Source of the DNA: Vermamoeba vermiformis
Taxonomy: Eukaryota
NCBI GenBank assembly: GCA_045837725.1
Contig: JBEWZL010000017.1
Location: forward strand, 1-64,000
Length of the DNA stretch: 64,000 nucleotides
Reading direction: 5' to 3'
Below, one piece after another: positions 37,966 through 52,400 of the stretch (its first letter is position 1; the number at the start of each line of letters is the position of its first letter). Under the pieces are notes generated by a model, which saw nothing but the letters and a program-made list of their open reading frames with translations, was not told where the DNA came from and made no database searches. A program made the position numbers and the translations under genes.

Positions 37966-38574
37966 CTAGCGTCTTCGCTTTTTGTTGTTCCATTCTTTTT
38001 GAGCTTCTGCCTGCGCTTGTGCCCTATTATCAGCAGCTTTCTTCATCATTTCTCCTTGTTGAATTTGTTGCTGAGCCTCTGAACCTTGAATACCTAACTT
38101 GCGCAATCGTTCTTCTTCTTCCAGTTCACGATAAGCTTGTTGGATTAACTTGTCGCGAGATGGAGCTTGCAGCTTTTCTTCAAATTCTTGTAATTTTTTC
38201 TTTGCTTGAACTCGTCGTCTAACGGCTTCAATATTTGTAACTTCCTCTTCCTCTGCCTTCGCTTTGCCGAGCAGATCTGAGATCAATTATTAATATTTTG
38301 TAATTTACTCAAAACGAATGCCAGTCTTGCTAATAAATATTTAATATGAACCTGTGCGATAATAAATTATCTAATATTAAACTAACGTAGCTGAACAAAG
38401 ATCCGAATAGACGGGTCAGTTTAATTGCAGTCAGCTTCCTGCGTTTGGTAAAACATGCTTGTCCCATTATTCTTACGTAGTGTCCATAATAATGTTTCAT
38501 GCTAACGACTTACTCTTTGACTGGGCAATCCGACCAAATCTGGTACCCAACGTTAAAATATTCCTCGTCAGCAT
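37966..38574 (-). CDS. Small coiled-coil protein, possibly mitochondrial; exon structure uncertain
   Basis: Charged helical last exon; upstream exon MLTRNILTLGTRFGRIAQSK looks like a presequence. Confidence 0.45.
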
Positions 38575-38794
38575 TCTGGTTTAAGTTATATCCTAAATTC
38601 TCTTATAGTAGTAACGAAGTGAGGTACTCTATCGTTGCTATTATGCGAAATTCAGTGAAATAACTGTCACTCGGTGTTTGCCTCCCAAAAGAAATTTTAG
38701 AACGAGCGGCTAAAAATAAACCCGAGTGTTGGAGATAACAACAATACTATCAGTATAATAACGTGGAATTATTGGATGTCGAGATAGAAGATTT

Positions 38795-41700
38795 ATGGCG
38801 ATGAAAAGTTCTTCGGGATCAATCCCACATCCAAGCAAAATTGCTCCATTTTCAATACCGCCGATAATTCATGATTTAATAGAATTTATTGAAGAATATG
38901 GTAATAATTACTACATGAAGAAACAACGCTGATTCAATTCAATCGCGATCACAATTTTCGTTATTTAATTGAATTAAAATTCGCGTTTAACAATTTATTT
39001 ATTACAGGCGTTCAAACAGAAGGTATTTTTCGTATCAATGGTAGCTCGGAGCACATAGCCGCCATTAAGAAGCATTATAAAAAGGGTAAGATTTTATACA
39101 CAAAAAAAATCAATGCAGATCTGTTCGGTTATGTTATCTAGGCTTATATTCATTAATTTGTTATTATTTAGGCAAGAAAGTAGATCTTTTTTCTTATTCT
39201 ATTCATACTATTGCTGGCGCATTGAAGGTAAATAGGCAGATTCAGTTGGCGCGAAAATTTTCTCGCATAATGCTGAATACTACTTATTCATAAATTTAAT
39301 TTCGAATTGCCCAAACTCAACGTCATCATTTAGTCATATTTATGCGAAATGGACCCGCCCCTGATCGCTCGAATTGTTTTTGAAACTTTTGCCGTAGCTC
39401 AGAGTAAGTCTCTTTTTATTATTATTTGAATACTTTGCTACTTAAGCGTCACAATAACCTGACCGACAAATCTATCACGTAAATTGTCCCGTACTTTTCA
39501 AAAATCTGAAATTTCAACTTAGTAAATCAATTAACGATAATTAGATCGAGTGTATTAGTAATTGAAAATAATACTGCTCATTAAATTACCAATTTAGGCA
39601 TTTTGACCTCATACGCAAAATTTATTTATTCGCCGTATCTTTCAGGTTAACGATAGTATTAATTCGCTTTATATTTTTAGCGTACGAAGAAAACAAAGCA
39701 TTGCGAGTAATGCGCAAAGTACTGCAATCAGCAATGACAGCAGAGAACAAAATTATTTTAATCAAGTGCTGCGATTTACTTCAAAAAGTCTGTCAAAATC
39801 ATGCCAAGACCCGCATGACTATTGAATCCTTAGCCATAGGTATGTTATACTCGGCACCTACTAACAATTAACAATAATACTATTGCCCAAATACGCACGA
39901 TAAGAGTGCATGATTAGCGAGATCCAATGGTTTGACACGTGTCTAATTTTTTTTCCTGCGCAGTATTTGCACCGACATGGATGCGACTAGAATCGACGAC
40001 AATAGCAGACTATATGACAAATCAAAAATTACAAGCGAAATGCGTAGAATACATCATTCAAAACATCAAATATTTATTAATAGTGAGTATAATATCTATT
40101 TATTCATTCGATTAATATACTTAACTAACGATGGTATTTTTATTTGCAGAAAAAAGCAGGCGAAGAATTGTCGCGAGTGAAGCTGAAAAATATTGACTCG
40201 AGTGACGCCGAGTTCGAAGGGTTCATGAAAGCCATGCAAAGTGGCTCATTACGATCAGCGTCCAATATATTATTGAATCAATATGACCCCCGTAAGTTAT
40301 CCTAGGCATCCCTCTCGAACAGATCTAATTCGTATTTCCTTTTTTAGTAACATCAGAGAAGTTCGAACAACAAGCTGATGCGTTGATAAACAGTAAAAAT
40401 CGACAGCACAGTCGTAGTGTACGAACGATTTTTGATTTTGAAATTGATATGCCACAACGTGCTATTGATGACAACGGACCTCCTCAATCGCCCAGTGCTC
40501 GATCCAAAAATAGTAGAAGGTATAAACCTGACCTAGTTGGCCGTTATTACATGTTTCTAACCCTTTTATAGAGCTCTTCACAGTAGGCAACAAAGTGCGA
40601 TAGATCCAAGTGAAGTGCGCAGAAAAATGACCAATGAGAATCTTCCACCAGTTACCTTTACAAACACACTGCGGCGGGCGACGAGTGAAGATCCAGACCG
40701 ACAACGACCAGATCCAAGTGACTCTGACTCGACCAGCACGGTCAAAATATCGGACTCGAGCGAGGAGTTTAACAACCTTGAGCGACGAGACACGATTGGC
40801 ACGAGCTCTGACAGCACATTGATGAGCTCAGAAGTGACTGGGTCGGACTCGCTGCCAGAGGATGCGAGCACTAATAACGTTAGTGCACCTGCTTCAAAGA
40901 AGCCTCGGTCACAACACAAACGGGTCAAGAAGCGCGTGTCAAAGAAAAATGTTGGCGTGGGGCTGAGCACGAGCGATTCAGCCATTGCCTCGAGCAGCAA
41001 CACAAACTTACTTGAATCCAGCTCTACAAATGCAGAAAGTGAGGAGTCTAATAATAACAACGCGATGGCTAGTCCCAGGACGAAGAAAACTGACGTGGCC
41101 ATAACTGTCACGGCACCAAAACCAGCTCCAGTCAAGAACAGTAACGTTATCAAAGCAGCGTTAGAATATCAGGAACGAACGAAGAAGCCTGAAGAAGTCG
41201 TTACACCGCTGCTAGAAAGCAGTAAAAAGACCGAGCAAAAGATCCGCCAGAAACAAGAACAACGACAGCACCATAAAAAGTCCATCAATAACAACGTTAC
41301 TTTTGACCGAGCGCAATCAGAGTACAGTAACACTGGCGCCACGAATGACATTGAGTCGTTTAGAACCATTCACAAGTCACTTTCTGAAGGCGAGAAGAAC
41401 GGCCACGAAATCTCGAGCCCTGCGTCAGAACCGCGAGCAGTTGTGATCACCAAGACGGAGCCAATAGACGTCAAGGCCTTTGTCACGACCATCAACAAGA
41501 ACAACAGCACGAACACGAGCCCCGTTGTCCCGAAGAGTTCAGTCGGATCTCCCACCAAGACCAAAGTAGCCGTTACAAAAAGGCCCACACCCGTTACCTC
41601 AACGAATACAAGCGAGGCCAATAGCAAGACGAGCTCGCCTGCGACTAGTCCCTCGAAGGCACGAAGCAATAGTGCACCAAAGACCGTGCAACAAGTCACG

Positions 41701-42309
41701 CGCACTGGACACGCGGCTTCGACACCACCGCCCAAACAAGGCACGCCAAAGACACCTGCTAGTGGACCTTCTACTGCACCAAGCAGTGTGATAGGCGTGT
41801 CTACCAAGACTCCCGAACCAGTTGCTGCTAATAGCACCGCGCCAGAAGAGCCCAAAGTGGTCGCTACATCCGAGATCCCAAAACTTGTGGAAGAAACGCC
41901 CGTGATTGTAGAGACAGCTGTCATTGAAACTGAGCTCAAACTCGTCGAGCCACCAAAGCCTGTCGAGACTCCTACTAAGATTGCCGAGCCTAGTGACAGT
42001 ATCAGAAATGCGGTGGCGCAATCCACGCCGATCTTGAAATTCAGACCCGAATCTTCCGTGTCAAGCGCTACTTCAACGCCAAACACCTTGAATGGCAATG
42101 ATAAGCCTTCTAATGATACACCAACGCGATTAGCTGCTGTTTTGAGCCCGCGAAGGCATCAAGAGCTCACAGCAAAGCCATCCACGCAAAATTCAATCGA
42201 TGAGCTGATTCTGTCAGCCCTTTCAAAAACAGCAGTGAAAAAGGCAGATTTACCAGCGAATGATATTCTCAACAAACTACAGATATTACAGTCTGAGAAG
42301 AATAACTAG
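38795..42309 (+). CDS. RhoGAP-domain protein with a long Ser/Thr/Pro-rich disordered tail
   Basis: IPPIIHDLIEFIEEYG-VQTEGIFRINGS (arginine finger), HTIAGALK..EMDPPLI, KTRMTIESLAI-VFAPT. Confidence 0.88.
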
Positions 42310-42684
42310 CACGTAACGGCTAAGAAAATCTTTGATCTGAATCTAGCCGAAATGTTTTTGCGATGTAACAATTGTAATATATTTGTAAAAGTCTTATTAA
42401 ATTATTGGCTCTTAGTTAAGACTAAGGGCAGAACTTACAGTCCAAGCACGCGAAGCTGAAATTCAAATTTGAATTTTCGTGACAGATGTAACCGTTGCTA
42501 AAAGCGCTTTCTGTTTCGCAATGCAATATCTTGGCCAAGAAAGCCATATGCACGATTAAATAGTCCTCAATTTTTGTAATCTCGCGAATCTTTTGTGTTC
42601 TACAAGGGAGCAATAGGGCGAGAAAAAATCGAAAAGGATTTTTTAATTTATTATTCTTCAAGCAACAACAACTGTATATTAAAT

Positions 42685-43697
42685 ATGAGTCGATTAAGAG
42701 TTAAAGCTATTGTCGACACTACTCCTTATTTATTGGAAGTAGACCGTCGTGCCATTACTTTGTCACAACTCAACAGCGAGATTGGCACCAAGACGAAACT
42801 TAGTGGCTTCTCTCTGCACTTCCAAAACCCTGAAACTCAAGTTTCATATCAATTGAATGATGACGAGACACTGCACAAAGCTATTGCTGAGGCCACCAAG
42901 GCCGGATGCCGATCGCTCGATGTGAAAGTCCACACCGGCGGTAGTCACGCACCTTCAACCCCAACTAAACCCGCTGTTCAACCTACTCCCACCCCTGTCT
43001 CACCTCAACCACAAGCTCAACCCACTCAACAACCTCAAGCCCAGCCATCGCCTTCGCATCACACTTCCACATCTTCAAACGGTGGATCGAGCCACACCGC
43101 TGCTGTTGCTTCTCCTCCTAAGCATTTCAACCAACCTACTACCCCTAATAAGGTTCCTCTTGCTGCTGGACCCACTCCTACCCAACAACCTCTTAATCCC
43201 GGCGACGTCTTGATCACCGAGTTCACCGTTGTTCACGACCCTAGCAGCAGTCAAGAAAAAGTCAAAATTGAGTCAGACCAAACATACGCATATTTCTTAT
43301 TCAAGCCTAAAGCCAGCAAACACGACACCCACATCCGCGTCGTCTTGGCTGAGAAGATCAAGCTTCAATATCAATGCGTATATTCATTTGAAGACCAACA
43401 ACAACGATCTATTCGCACTGTGCAATTAACACAATCATTCCAACTGCCATTCGAGGTACATCCGAGATATTTTTTTGAATTGAAAAAGATTTTCTGAATC
43501 AATTTGCAAAATTAATTATTGTATTTATTGTTATAATGTCGTATATATTTTTAGCGATTTTTAAAGGCAAATTTCCTCGTGTCTTTAAGTTTTATCGAAA
43601 GTGATAAAATTACTAATTTTTTTTTGTTTAGGCCACTCCCAACTTGATCGAAGTTAACGGCCAAGAGATTAAGGTGATGATTCCTAACAGATTTTAA
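42685..43697 (+). CDS. PB1-like domain + Pro/Gln linker + small beta-rich C-terminal domain
   Basis: LRVKAIV..ITLSQLNSEI..LHFQ..LNDDETLHKAI fits a PB1 pattern; two exons. Confidence 0.6.
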
Positions 43698-43912
43698 TTT
43701 ATAAGTACCGAAAGAACGTCAGCTTAAGACTATGACGTCATTTTAACCTGGATCTTAAAAATGTCTACAAATTAATAAAAATCTAAAATTGTTAAATAGC
43801 ATTACTCGCGCTAAACATTAATTAGCATAATTAATACATCCAGAAATTCTTTCAACTAAAAATAAGCTAAAAGTAAAGGTTTATTGAAAGCACTAGAGAT
43901 CGACTCAAAAGC

Positions 43913-45471
43913 TTATTTCTTGCCATTGTCAACGTTCTTAGCGCAGTCTAATTTATGCACAGCCAAGGCCAACAATCGTTGATCGCGCCACTTACTCCAT
44001 TCGGGGATCTGTGTAACGTCGTATTTGTTTCTCATAGCAGTCTCGATCTTAGTAATTGTTTCCTTGGAGATTACGCGGCTATTGTCTTCTTCTTTCAGTA
44101 CGTTGTACATGCCACCCAAATAGCGCTCGCAGTAGTCTTTAACTCCTAAATAAGTAATTCGTTAGTGATCCGATCTCGCTTAGAAAATTTAAAAATGAGC
44201 TCTAGGTCATATTAATATTATATAGAGTGTAGCTTACCTTGAGGTGCGTTCAAGTCGATGGTTTGGAACGGGCCCATGAATGACCATCGCAAGCCTAAGC
44301 CGTGTGTAACAGCAGTATCGATGTCTTCAGGGCTTGCAACTCCGTCTTCAACCATTCTATAGCAAAATATAGTAAGTATAAGATATTAATATGATGGACA
44401 CAATAATTGGCATTAAATAATCTTTTCTTTGCTGAGATCGGCAAGTTTGAGTTTAAAAAGAAAATTGCCTCCAGTGAAACGTTGATAATTAAATACGACT
44501 ATTACCTGAATGCCTCAGCCATCAATGCGTATTGCATACGGTTCAAAACAAAGCCATTGACCTCTTTGTACAAGACAATTGGTGCTTGACCGGCTTGTTC
44601 CATCAATGATCTGGTTTGTTGGACCAGCTCGGGGGTAGTCCAAGGCGCAGGGCAAATTTCGACTAAAGGAATAGCATAGGGAGGGTTAATCTATTAAATT
44701 AAGGCGTTAGAATCTATTCGCTTGATCTTTGTTTATCGGCGCGTACCGGATGTGCCACCAAGCATCGTTGACGGTTCTTTAAATTCTCGGTAAATTTAGA
44801 AGCGGGAATATTTGAGGTACTGCTAGCCAGGACAGTGCTTGGATCAGCGGCAGCATCGAGCTCAGCGAAGATCTTGATCTTATGTTCCAAAACCTCAGGT
44901 ACGCATTCCTAATATACGAATATGTTACTATCAATGTATTAATTAATTTAGGGGGATTATATTACTTGAGCGTGAACAGCGCCTTTAAGTGCTTCTTTGA
45001 GATCCGTGGCCGAAGAGATTCGAGGGAAAACTTGGGCAGCAGTTTGACCGTTCAACAAGCCTAATAATAGTGCGTATATTAATATATTATAATTAATAAT
45101 ATTTTAGTACCATTTTGCTCGAGCATCTTCAATTTAGCTTCAATATCGACAAAGGCATTTCGGATTTGCTCTTCAATAACGTCATAAAGGCAGACAGAAT
45201 ATCCAGCACGAGAGAAAATCTATAATATGCATGAGTTAATATGGGTACTCGCTTCAAAAAGATTTTGTAAAAAAGAAACAATGGATCAAGTCCCTTAATT
45301 CACATTTTTGATTAGCAAAGCTATGTTTACGCGTATAATCCAGCAAATAATTTTATATGAATTAAAATATTAATATTTATGTAAGATCATCGCTGATTCA
45401 ATTGTTCTTACCAATGCCCAAGATCTACCGATCAGTCCACTGCCGATAATAGTGACTTTCTTGGCTTCCAT
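43913..45471 (-). CDS. CRYL1: Lambda-crystallin homologue / L-gulonate 3-dehydrogenase
   Basis: VTIIGSGLIGRSWA, ECVPE, LASSTS, VAHPINPPYAIPLVE, GFVLNRMQYA, GLGLRWSFMGP, WRDQRLLAL. Confidence 0.93.
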
Positions 45472-45606
45472 TGGTGCTAATATAATTAAGTGCTTCTTAA
45501 TATATCTAAAGTGATGTTCTTTGTTGAACGGACAAAACAAACAAATTTTTTTTTGTTGAATGAATTTTCAGATCTGTTTTTGTTCTTAATCATTCGAGAG
45601 TACACG

Positions 45607-48600
45607 ATGGATACAACAATAGATTATTTTGACCTATTATCTGACGAGGTCATCTCGCATATTGCGCAATTTTTAGACGTTGTTTCGTTGTTCAGGTTGT
45701 CAAGCACATCCAGAAGACTTTCAGTATTCAAAGATATCAGCAATGCTCAATGGAGAAAATTCTATGCCGAACGATGGCACGTCGATGAACGTGAATTGGC
45801 CGTTTATTCCACCATGTAAGATTCTCGCATCTGAGAAAAAATTTTCTAAATTTAATTTAAATATTTGACACGCTGTAATTTGACTCGTAGTAGAGTAATC
45901 AACGAAAATTAGCATACAGAGATAATATTATATTAATTGCAGCGGCATTAACTCTCTTTAATTAAAGAGCGTGGCAAGATACTTACAAAACTCGGATCGA
46001 GGCTGAAAAAAGTTACATTCTCAAGATAGAGGCAGATAGATTAATAGAGACACAAAAACAACAAGACAGCGAAAATCAAGAAGAAAAATCAGAGTCGAAT
46101 ACAGTTTCAATTACAAATCCAGTGACGAACAAAACTGAGACTTGGTTCTTGCCGTCTTGCGATCCATGGTATACTTTATTGACCACCGACGATTTTGAAG
46201 CAGTCGATAATGCAATGGGACAAATAGACTTGATTTTTAGCCCTCCCTGTAAGTCGATCCGGATGTACCAAAAATTTTCTTACCACCAAGTGACTTAATT
46301 TTAATGATTTAATACTAAGATAGTATACCATAATGTATTAATACTAATGGATTGTAATTTAGTTACCAACGATGATATTAACCGTGAAGTAATGGCTCGA
46401 CGATTTGAAATTCTTTGTACAGCGTTTACAAAACTGGCGCCAAATCATCCAAAACTTTTAACGCGCCTTCCTATATTTGAGACACTACTAGGTAATATAT
46501 TTACGCAAATGGTATTTTATTAACCGTTTAATTTATTCATTTTTTGTTTCTCGAGAAAAATTTATGCAAAGTTATTTTCTTTACTAAATTAGGAAATATT
46601 ATTTAGTGTCGGAGGCTTTTAAAGACTTTGAGCGGCCAATGGGATTGGTTGGTTTATTGGCGAGTTTATTGGACATCAAAACAGATATCACTGCCTTAGA
46701 CACCGCTGCTTACTGCATTTGGAGAGTGGCGCAAAGTTGTATGTTTGCAAAAATTTACATGAATTTCCTTATTTGGCAACACCTAATTGTAATTGTTAGC
46801 CCCGCTTACGATCAACGAGTTTTTTATCGCGTTAGATATTATTCCAAAGTTGATCAATGTGATTGAAAAGTGCGATGACAATGCGGTCGTGAATTCTTGC
46901 ATTGGCGCATTGACGTGGTACAAACCAAAAGGTAATTACCATATTTGGTATAATACACTTATACTGGCTCATCAGATCTTGAAACATAAATCCCGTGAAA
47001 AAAATAGTTTTTTAAAATTTTATCCAAAAATTATGCGATTAAGCAATTAGCACTAATATCCATGATAATTATGCCAGTGGTATATTTTTATTAATTTTAT
47101 TTTCGTTCAGATAACCGTGTGAAGTACTTCCAAAACGGAACTTTTCCGAAACGAATTGTGCAGTTATTGAAAGAAGTGCCTAAAACGAGCGGATTAGACT
47201 ACGAATGCGTTATTAAAGTGCTATATAAACTAGCACCTGAAAGTACGTCCTATTACCAAATAAGGAAATCTTAACAAAAAAACTAATCCACGAATTTTTT
47301 TTTTTGACACAGATGCGAAAGAGTGTTTGCAAGAAGGCATATTAGAAATATTATTTAGTATTATTCGCGGTGCTGAGACGCAAAGAAAACACATTTCTTA
47401 CGCTCTTGGCGCGCTGCACAATTTTTCATTTTTTTCAGGTACCCACTTTACACCTCATCCACACTAACACTAATAATCATATATCCTTATAATTACAATC
47501 ATATAATGTACTCGGGACCTATATTATAATCGACTAATATTTGATCATATAGATGAAGTATGCTTTGCGCTATCGGGTGACGAAACATCGCTCCCGATAT
47601 TGTTGAACATGCTGAGCATTAAAGGAGAGTTCGAGAAAGAAATAGTAGACTCGATATTATACGTCCTTAATGATGTGGCACTATCAGGTATGATTAATTT
47701 ATTCTACTCACAACCACTAAGACCAGATCCAACTTTTCACGAATATTTTACTAACCGTATTTATGATATTAGAGATTGGAGTTGAAAAATTGTTGGAATT
47801 AAATGCATTGGATCAATTATTGCCGCTATTGAACAGCGACAACAAGTCGTATTATTCTTCGATTTATAACGTACTCAACGGATCTGTTGACTTCTCCAAC
47901 ATGAACGGTACGATACCAAATACAATAATAATAATATTTAACATACTACGATCAGTATTAATGCATATTAACCACAAAAATGTGCCTGTAATTTCGGCTT
48001 TGTTTTAAAGTTTCATTGATCTAACGACATTTTTGCAGGATTTTTGCCCGAAGTTACGGCTAAAATTACACCGTATTTCCAAACACTGGTCGATCATTGG
48101 GACGTACCTACATCACGTGCATCGGCGAATAACTTTTGGTTGACTTACACATGCGGTACGTGAAAAATTGGTATATTATGTTAGGAGAACTAATAGGGTT
48201 AATATTTCTATAGCAACATCTCCTCCACGAGAAGTTTCCAAGAAATTGATCGAAAAAGTGATGAAACAATTACAAGTCGAAAAACGATTGGACTTCAAGC
48301 GCGACATTGTCATGTTATTGGCCAACACCGTAGAAGTCGATAGTACGTCAAATTTATCAGTTTTATTATAGCCGGCGGCTGCTAACTACTCCACCTATTT
48401 TTAGAACTGGCATTTGAAGGCTTGAATTTGACTAATTTGTATAAGTTCTTGTCGGACAATCTCGTGACACACGACAGCGAGAAAGAAAAAGCTGAAATGA
48501 TGAAATTAGAGATTGAAAAAATGTACGAACAAGCTGCTCTTCGAAGAAATAACGAGTTGTTCGGTGAAGATTCGGGCCCGAGTAATTTAATGACCGATGT

Positions 48601-49356
48601 TGATGCCGGTCAAACATTGACACCTGTCGACGTGTCAAACCAAGATGTTGACATGAAAGACGTCAATCAGAACCAGCAACAGAAAGACGATGACGAGGAG
48701 AACAGCGAAGAAGAAGTTGTGGACACAGACATGCCTTGGCCGCTCAGTCTTTTGGCTTATTTGATGCAGTTCGGTACGTGAAATTTGAAAAACTTTTTCA
48801 GTACTATATAACGTTAGAAATAACTGGGTTTCCTAATGTGACTTTCGCCACAGAGGAGCTCAAACAATTGGCCGTAAAAGATACCAAGTTACTGAACAAA
48901 ATGTTGGCACTCTACCACGACAAACAACAACGGCTTGAGAGTCACTTCTTGGTCGTGTTTTTCTGGTCTAATCTAACCAATATCCCTGGTAAGATATGGT
49001 ATACCTAAGGCCGACAAGTATATTCTAATTACCAAATATGGCAAGGTTGGGATCAAACTGAAGCGCTCGAGTGTATCGAAGACTTTGCTATGCAAGCGAT
49101 GTGGAACATGCGTTGGTCGTTCATGTTCAGCTACATTGACCCCTACATGCACTTCTTTAAGAAAGATAATCCCACGCCAATAGTTATCTTAGCTTCTTGG
49201 TTCATTGCGCACATGTCCACTACTGAACCAGGACGAAAAGGCTGTCAGAAACTGGATCCGAACACCATTAAGTGGATGGACACCTACCCTCATTCACGCG
49301 TAGAATTCAATATGACCCAATTCCATAAAAATATGCAAAAGAAGTCACGTAAATAA
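45607..49356 (+). CDS. F-box protein with ARM/HEAT-like repeats, many exons
   Basis: FDLLSDEVISHIAQFLDVVSLFRLSSTSRRL..WRKFYAERW; ARM-like AAYCIWRVA, SCIGALT, YALGALHNFS. Confidence 0.75.
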
Positions 49357-49430
49357 ATCTCAAAAGGTTGATGTAAATGCACATTTATGTACAGATTTTG
49401 CTCGATCGACGCCCTTCGGTTGTTTGGATC

Positions 49431-52400
49431 TTACGCGTAATTAAATGACGAAGGGTGATTGCCTTTAGAGCAGCATTGACCGTTCTTGCCATCAGTAATC
49501 AACCATTGGATAGTGTTCCATGTCTTGCACTTGCCACAACGAACCTAAAAAATAAAAATTAGATCCAGATCCAAAAAGTTGTAAGTTTGAGTCTTTGGCG
49601 TAACAATACAGCGGTAAAATCATAATATGCGATCAAAAAGCAAAAAAGTAAAGAGCACAACACCTCCGATTCCCAGGTAGTCTCCTACCCCAGTACTAAG
49701 AAGGCCTGAACAAGCTTAACTTCGCTGATCGGACGGGAAGCGGTGCATTCTTGTTAGTGTGGTCGTGCCCGAGACGCTTTGCAACATCGTGTTCGGGTCA
49801 CTACTTCCACAACATAACAAGAACGCGTTCCCTCCTCCCGTACGCGAAAGATAGCTTCTTTGTTCAGATCCACATCCGATGTTAAAGTGTCACTTTAGAT
49901 TTAGAACTTACCTTCGATTCTTTGAGATAAGCCAATTCAGCTTCGTATTTGCCAATCTTGTCGCTCAGACCGATCAAGTGCTCGCTCATCATTTGCAACT
50001 GACCCTCGTAGTTGGTACGAGTCGTATCCAGATCTTCTTGCGTATGTTTTTGCTTAGCAGAGAGTTGTTCAAGTTCTTTTTCTTTCAATTCTCTTTCATT
50101 CATCATTTGCTTAAGCTTCTCTTCGAGACTTTGTTTCTTCTTGAACAGATCCATTGCTTTTTTATCGGCAACTTGAAGCTGAGAAATATATTGATTGTAT
50201 TTCTCTTCGTAATATTTTTTCAACTCTTCTTCTCGCTTCTTATCATCTTCCGATAAGTTCAATGACTAAATAAAACACCGGATTAATTTTCAGTGAAACA
50301 AACTCGTTGTGGATCTTACGTTTGATTGTTTGCCAGCTTCGTCCATAACAGTCAGATTCCAGCCATTTTGTTTTGGAACTTCCGAGCTCGCCTTTGGTAA
50401 GGTATTCTAAAAATAGAAATAAAGCTCGTTAATATCACTGTTAGCGGATGTGGCCCAAAGTCCATGACTCACCGTGGGTTCGGGTGTGGCTTGCTGTTGA
50501 TTTCCGAAGAAGTCAAGCAGGGCCTGTTCAGCTGTTGGTGCACCAGTAACATTGTTAGCAGGTACAATCGGTCGCGGGACTTGAGGGCTAGGCTGTGCTG
50601 AAGAGACGTTGGATCCGGTCAGCAGATCATTTGAGAACGGATCGAAGACCATTGAGCTGTGACGCGACGACAGTGATGTGTTTGTCGTAGAGAGTGGCGA
50701 CTATACGAATATTAGTAAGTATTCGACGCTAGAGGAACAAATGTATGCTGGAAAAATTGTGCAAGATCTGCTACTCCGAGCGGATCCACGAACTCAAGAT
50801 CTACAAAAGATTGAATATTGGAATTAGGGTTACTTACGGTAGCAGTAGAAGGAGTATCAAAGTCCATAAATGAGATCAAGTCAGGTTGGATCTGAGGCAC
50901 GACAGGGGACGGTTCTGACTTTTTGGCGGGTTGATCCAAGGTAGCAAAATCAATTAAACCTTCGTTAATAGTACCACTAGTCTTAAGCGTATTAGGCTCT
51001 TCACCATTATCGGGACTAGCTTGATGATCTTGCTTCTCGGATGCGTTTTGTTGATCGGCAGCAGGACGAGGAGTGTTGTTCAAACTTTGAGCAGCCGATA
51101 GGGCAGTATTAGCACTGATCAAATTGTTCTTCAAATCAACAATTTGTTGGTCTTTAGCTTTGCTCTTGTTAATCTCTTCTTGGTACAAAGTTGTCTAAAG
51201 AAAAAATTAGGTTAAAAATAAAATTGATAAAATTTTGTAACGGAACTTACACTTTGTTGCAATTTCTTTCTAGTATCAGCAAGCTCCGCCAACAACTCAT
51301 TTAATTGCGATTGTTTAGCATTGAACGAGTCCTGTTGAAAATTCATTCGTTATTATGGCGTACTCTGATAATGAATATTAAACGTACTCTAGAGGCCGAG
51401 AGATCTTCGATTAATTTTTGTTTTTCTTGGACTAACTTCTGGATCTCGCTGTTTAAGCTCTCAATCGTAACTTTGAACTTGGCATTCTGTTCTAACAGCT
51501 CTTTAATAGTCTCAACGTGCTGCAATTGTTCTTCGTATGAGATTGAAGGTCGCTCGGGTATCTCATTAATATTTTGAAGGAACTTCGACGATCGTTTTTG
51601 AAGATCCGCGATCTCGAACTGACCTTGCTCGTATTTTACCTTCATCGCTGTTAGTATACTCTTGTATATTATGCCACTATATTCCTTACATTTACTCCAC
51701 GAACCAGGAAGTGACCAGGCGTAACTAGCAATTCACACAGGGTGGTAATGGATGTGCTGAAGTTGTCTACCAAGTACGTCAGATCCATCAAGATAAATTA
51801 CGCGAGTTTGGAATTTACCTAATTGGGCAACTATTCTTGACAGATTAGAAATGATGGTATTATTGATCTTCTTCACGTCTCCCATAATAAACAGGTCGCT
51901 TTGTTCCGCTTTCACTTGGATCGTGTATTGCGCGTGCATTTCTGAAGTGGCAATAATTAGTATAGTCCGATCGAGTACATGTATCGAACGTACCTCTCAA
52001 GTTGTTTAAAATCACGGTCAATTGGGATTGGAACTGCTTTACGATGGGCAGCAGCTTGACTCGATTTACAATATTATCGTCAGCTAAAAATAGCAAGTGT
52101 CAATTGAATTTCCTTAGTGTAGCATAACCGTGATGATATTACTTGGGAACATGTTAATTAGGACTTGAAGGAGCTTGTCAAGATTGTTTGCGAGCTGTTT
52201 GTAGGTCAAAGCCAATGCCTCGCTAGATCGCTGTTGCTCTTCATTTTCCTCGGCTTTAACGTTCTCTTGGAACCTATTTAATTCATCGTATCATTATAAT
52301 AGATCTCGGAGTAACTATTATCCTATTCAATACCTCTTTTGTTCACTCGTGCAAAGGTTTTGGAATGACAAGACTAAAGTTCTAAAGTTCTCGATAATTG

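Noticed and set aside
40578-42098. Long minus-strand ORFs (191, 242, 140 aa)
   Set aside because: Antisense shadows of the Ser/Thr/Pro-rich RhoGAP exon, with no motifs of their own.
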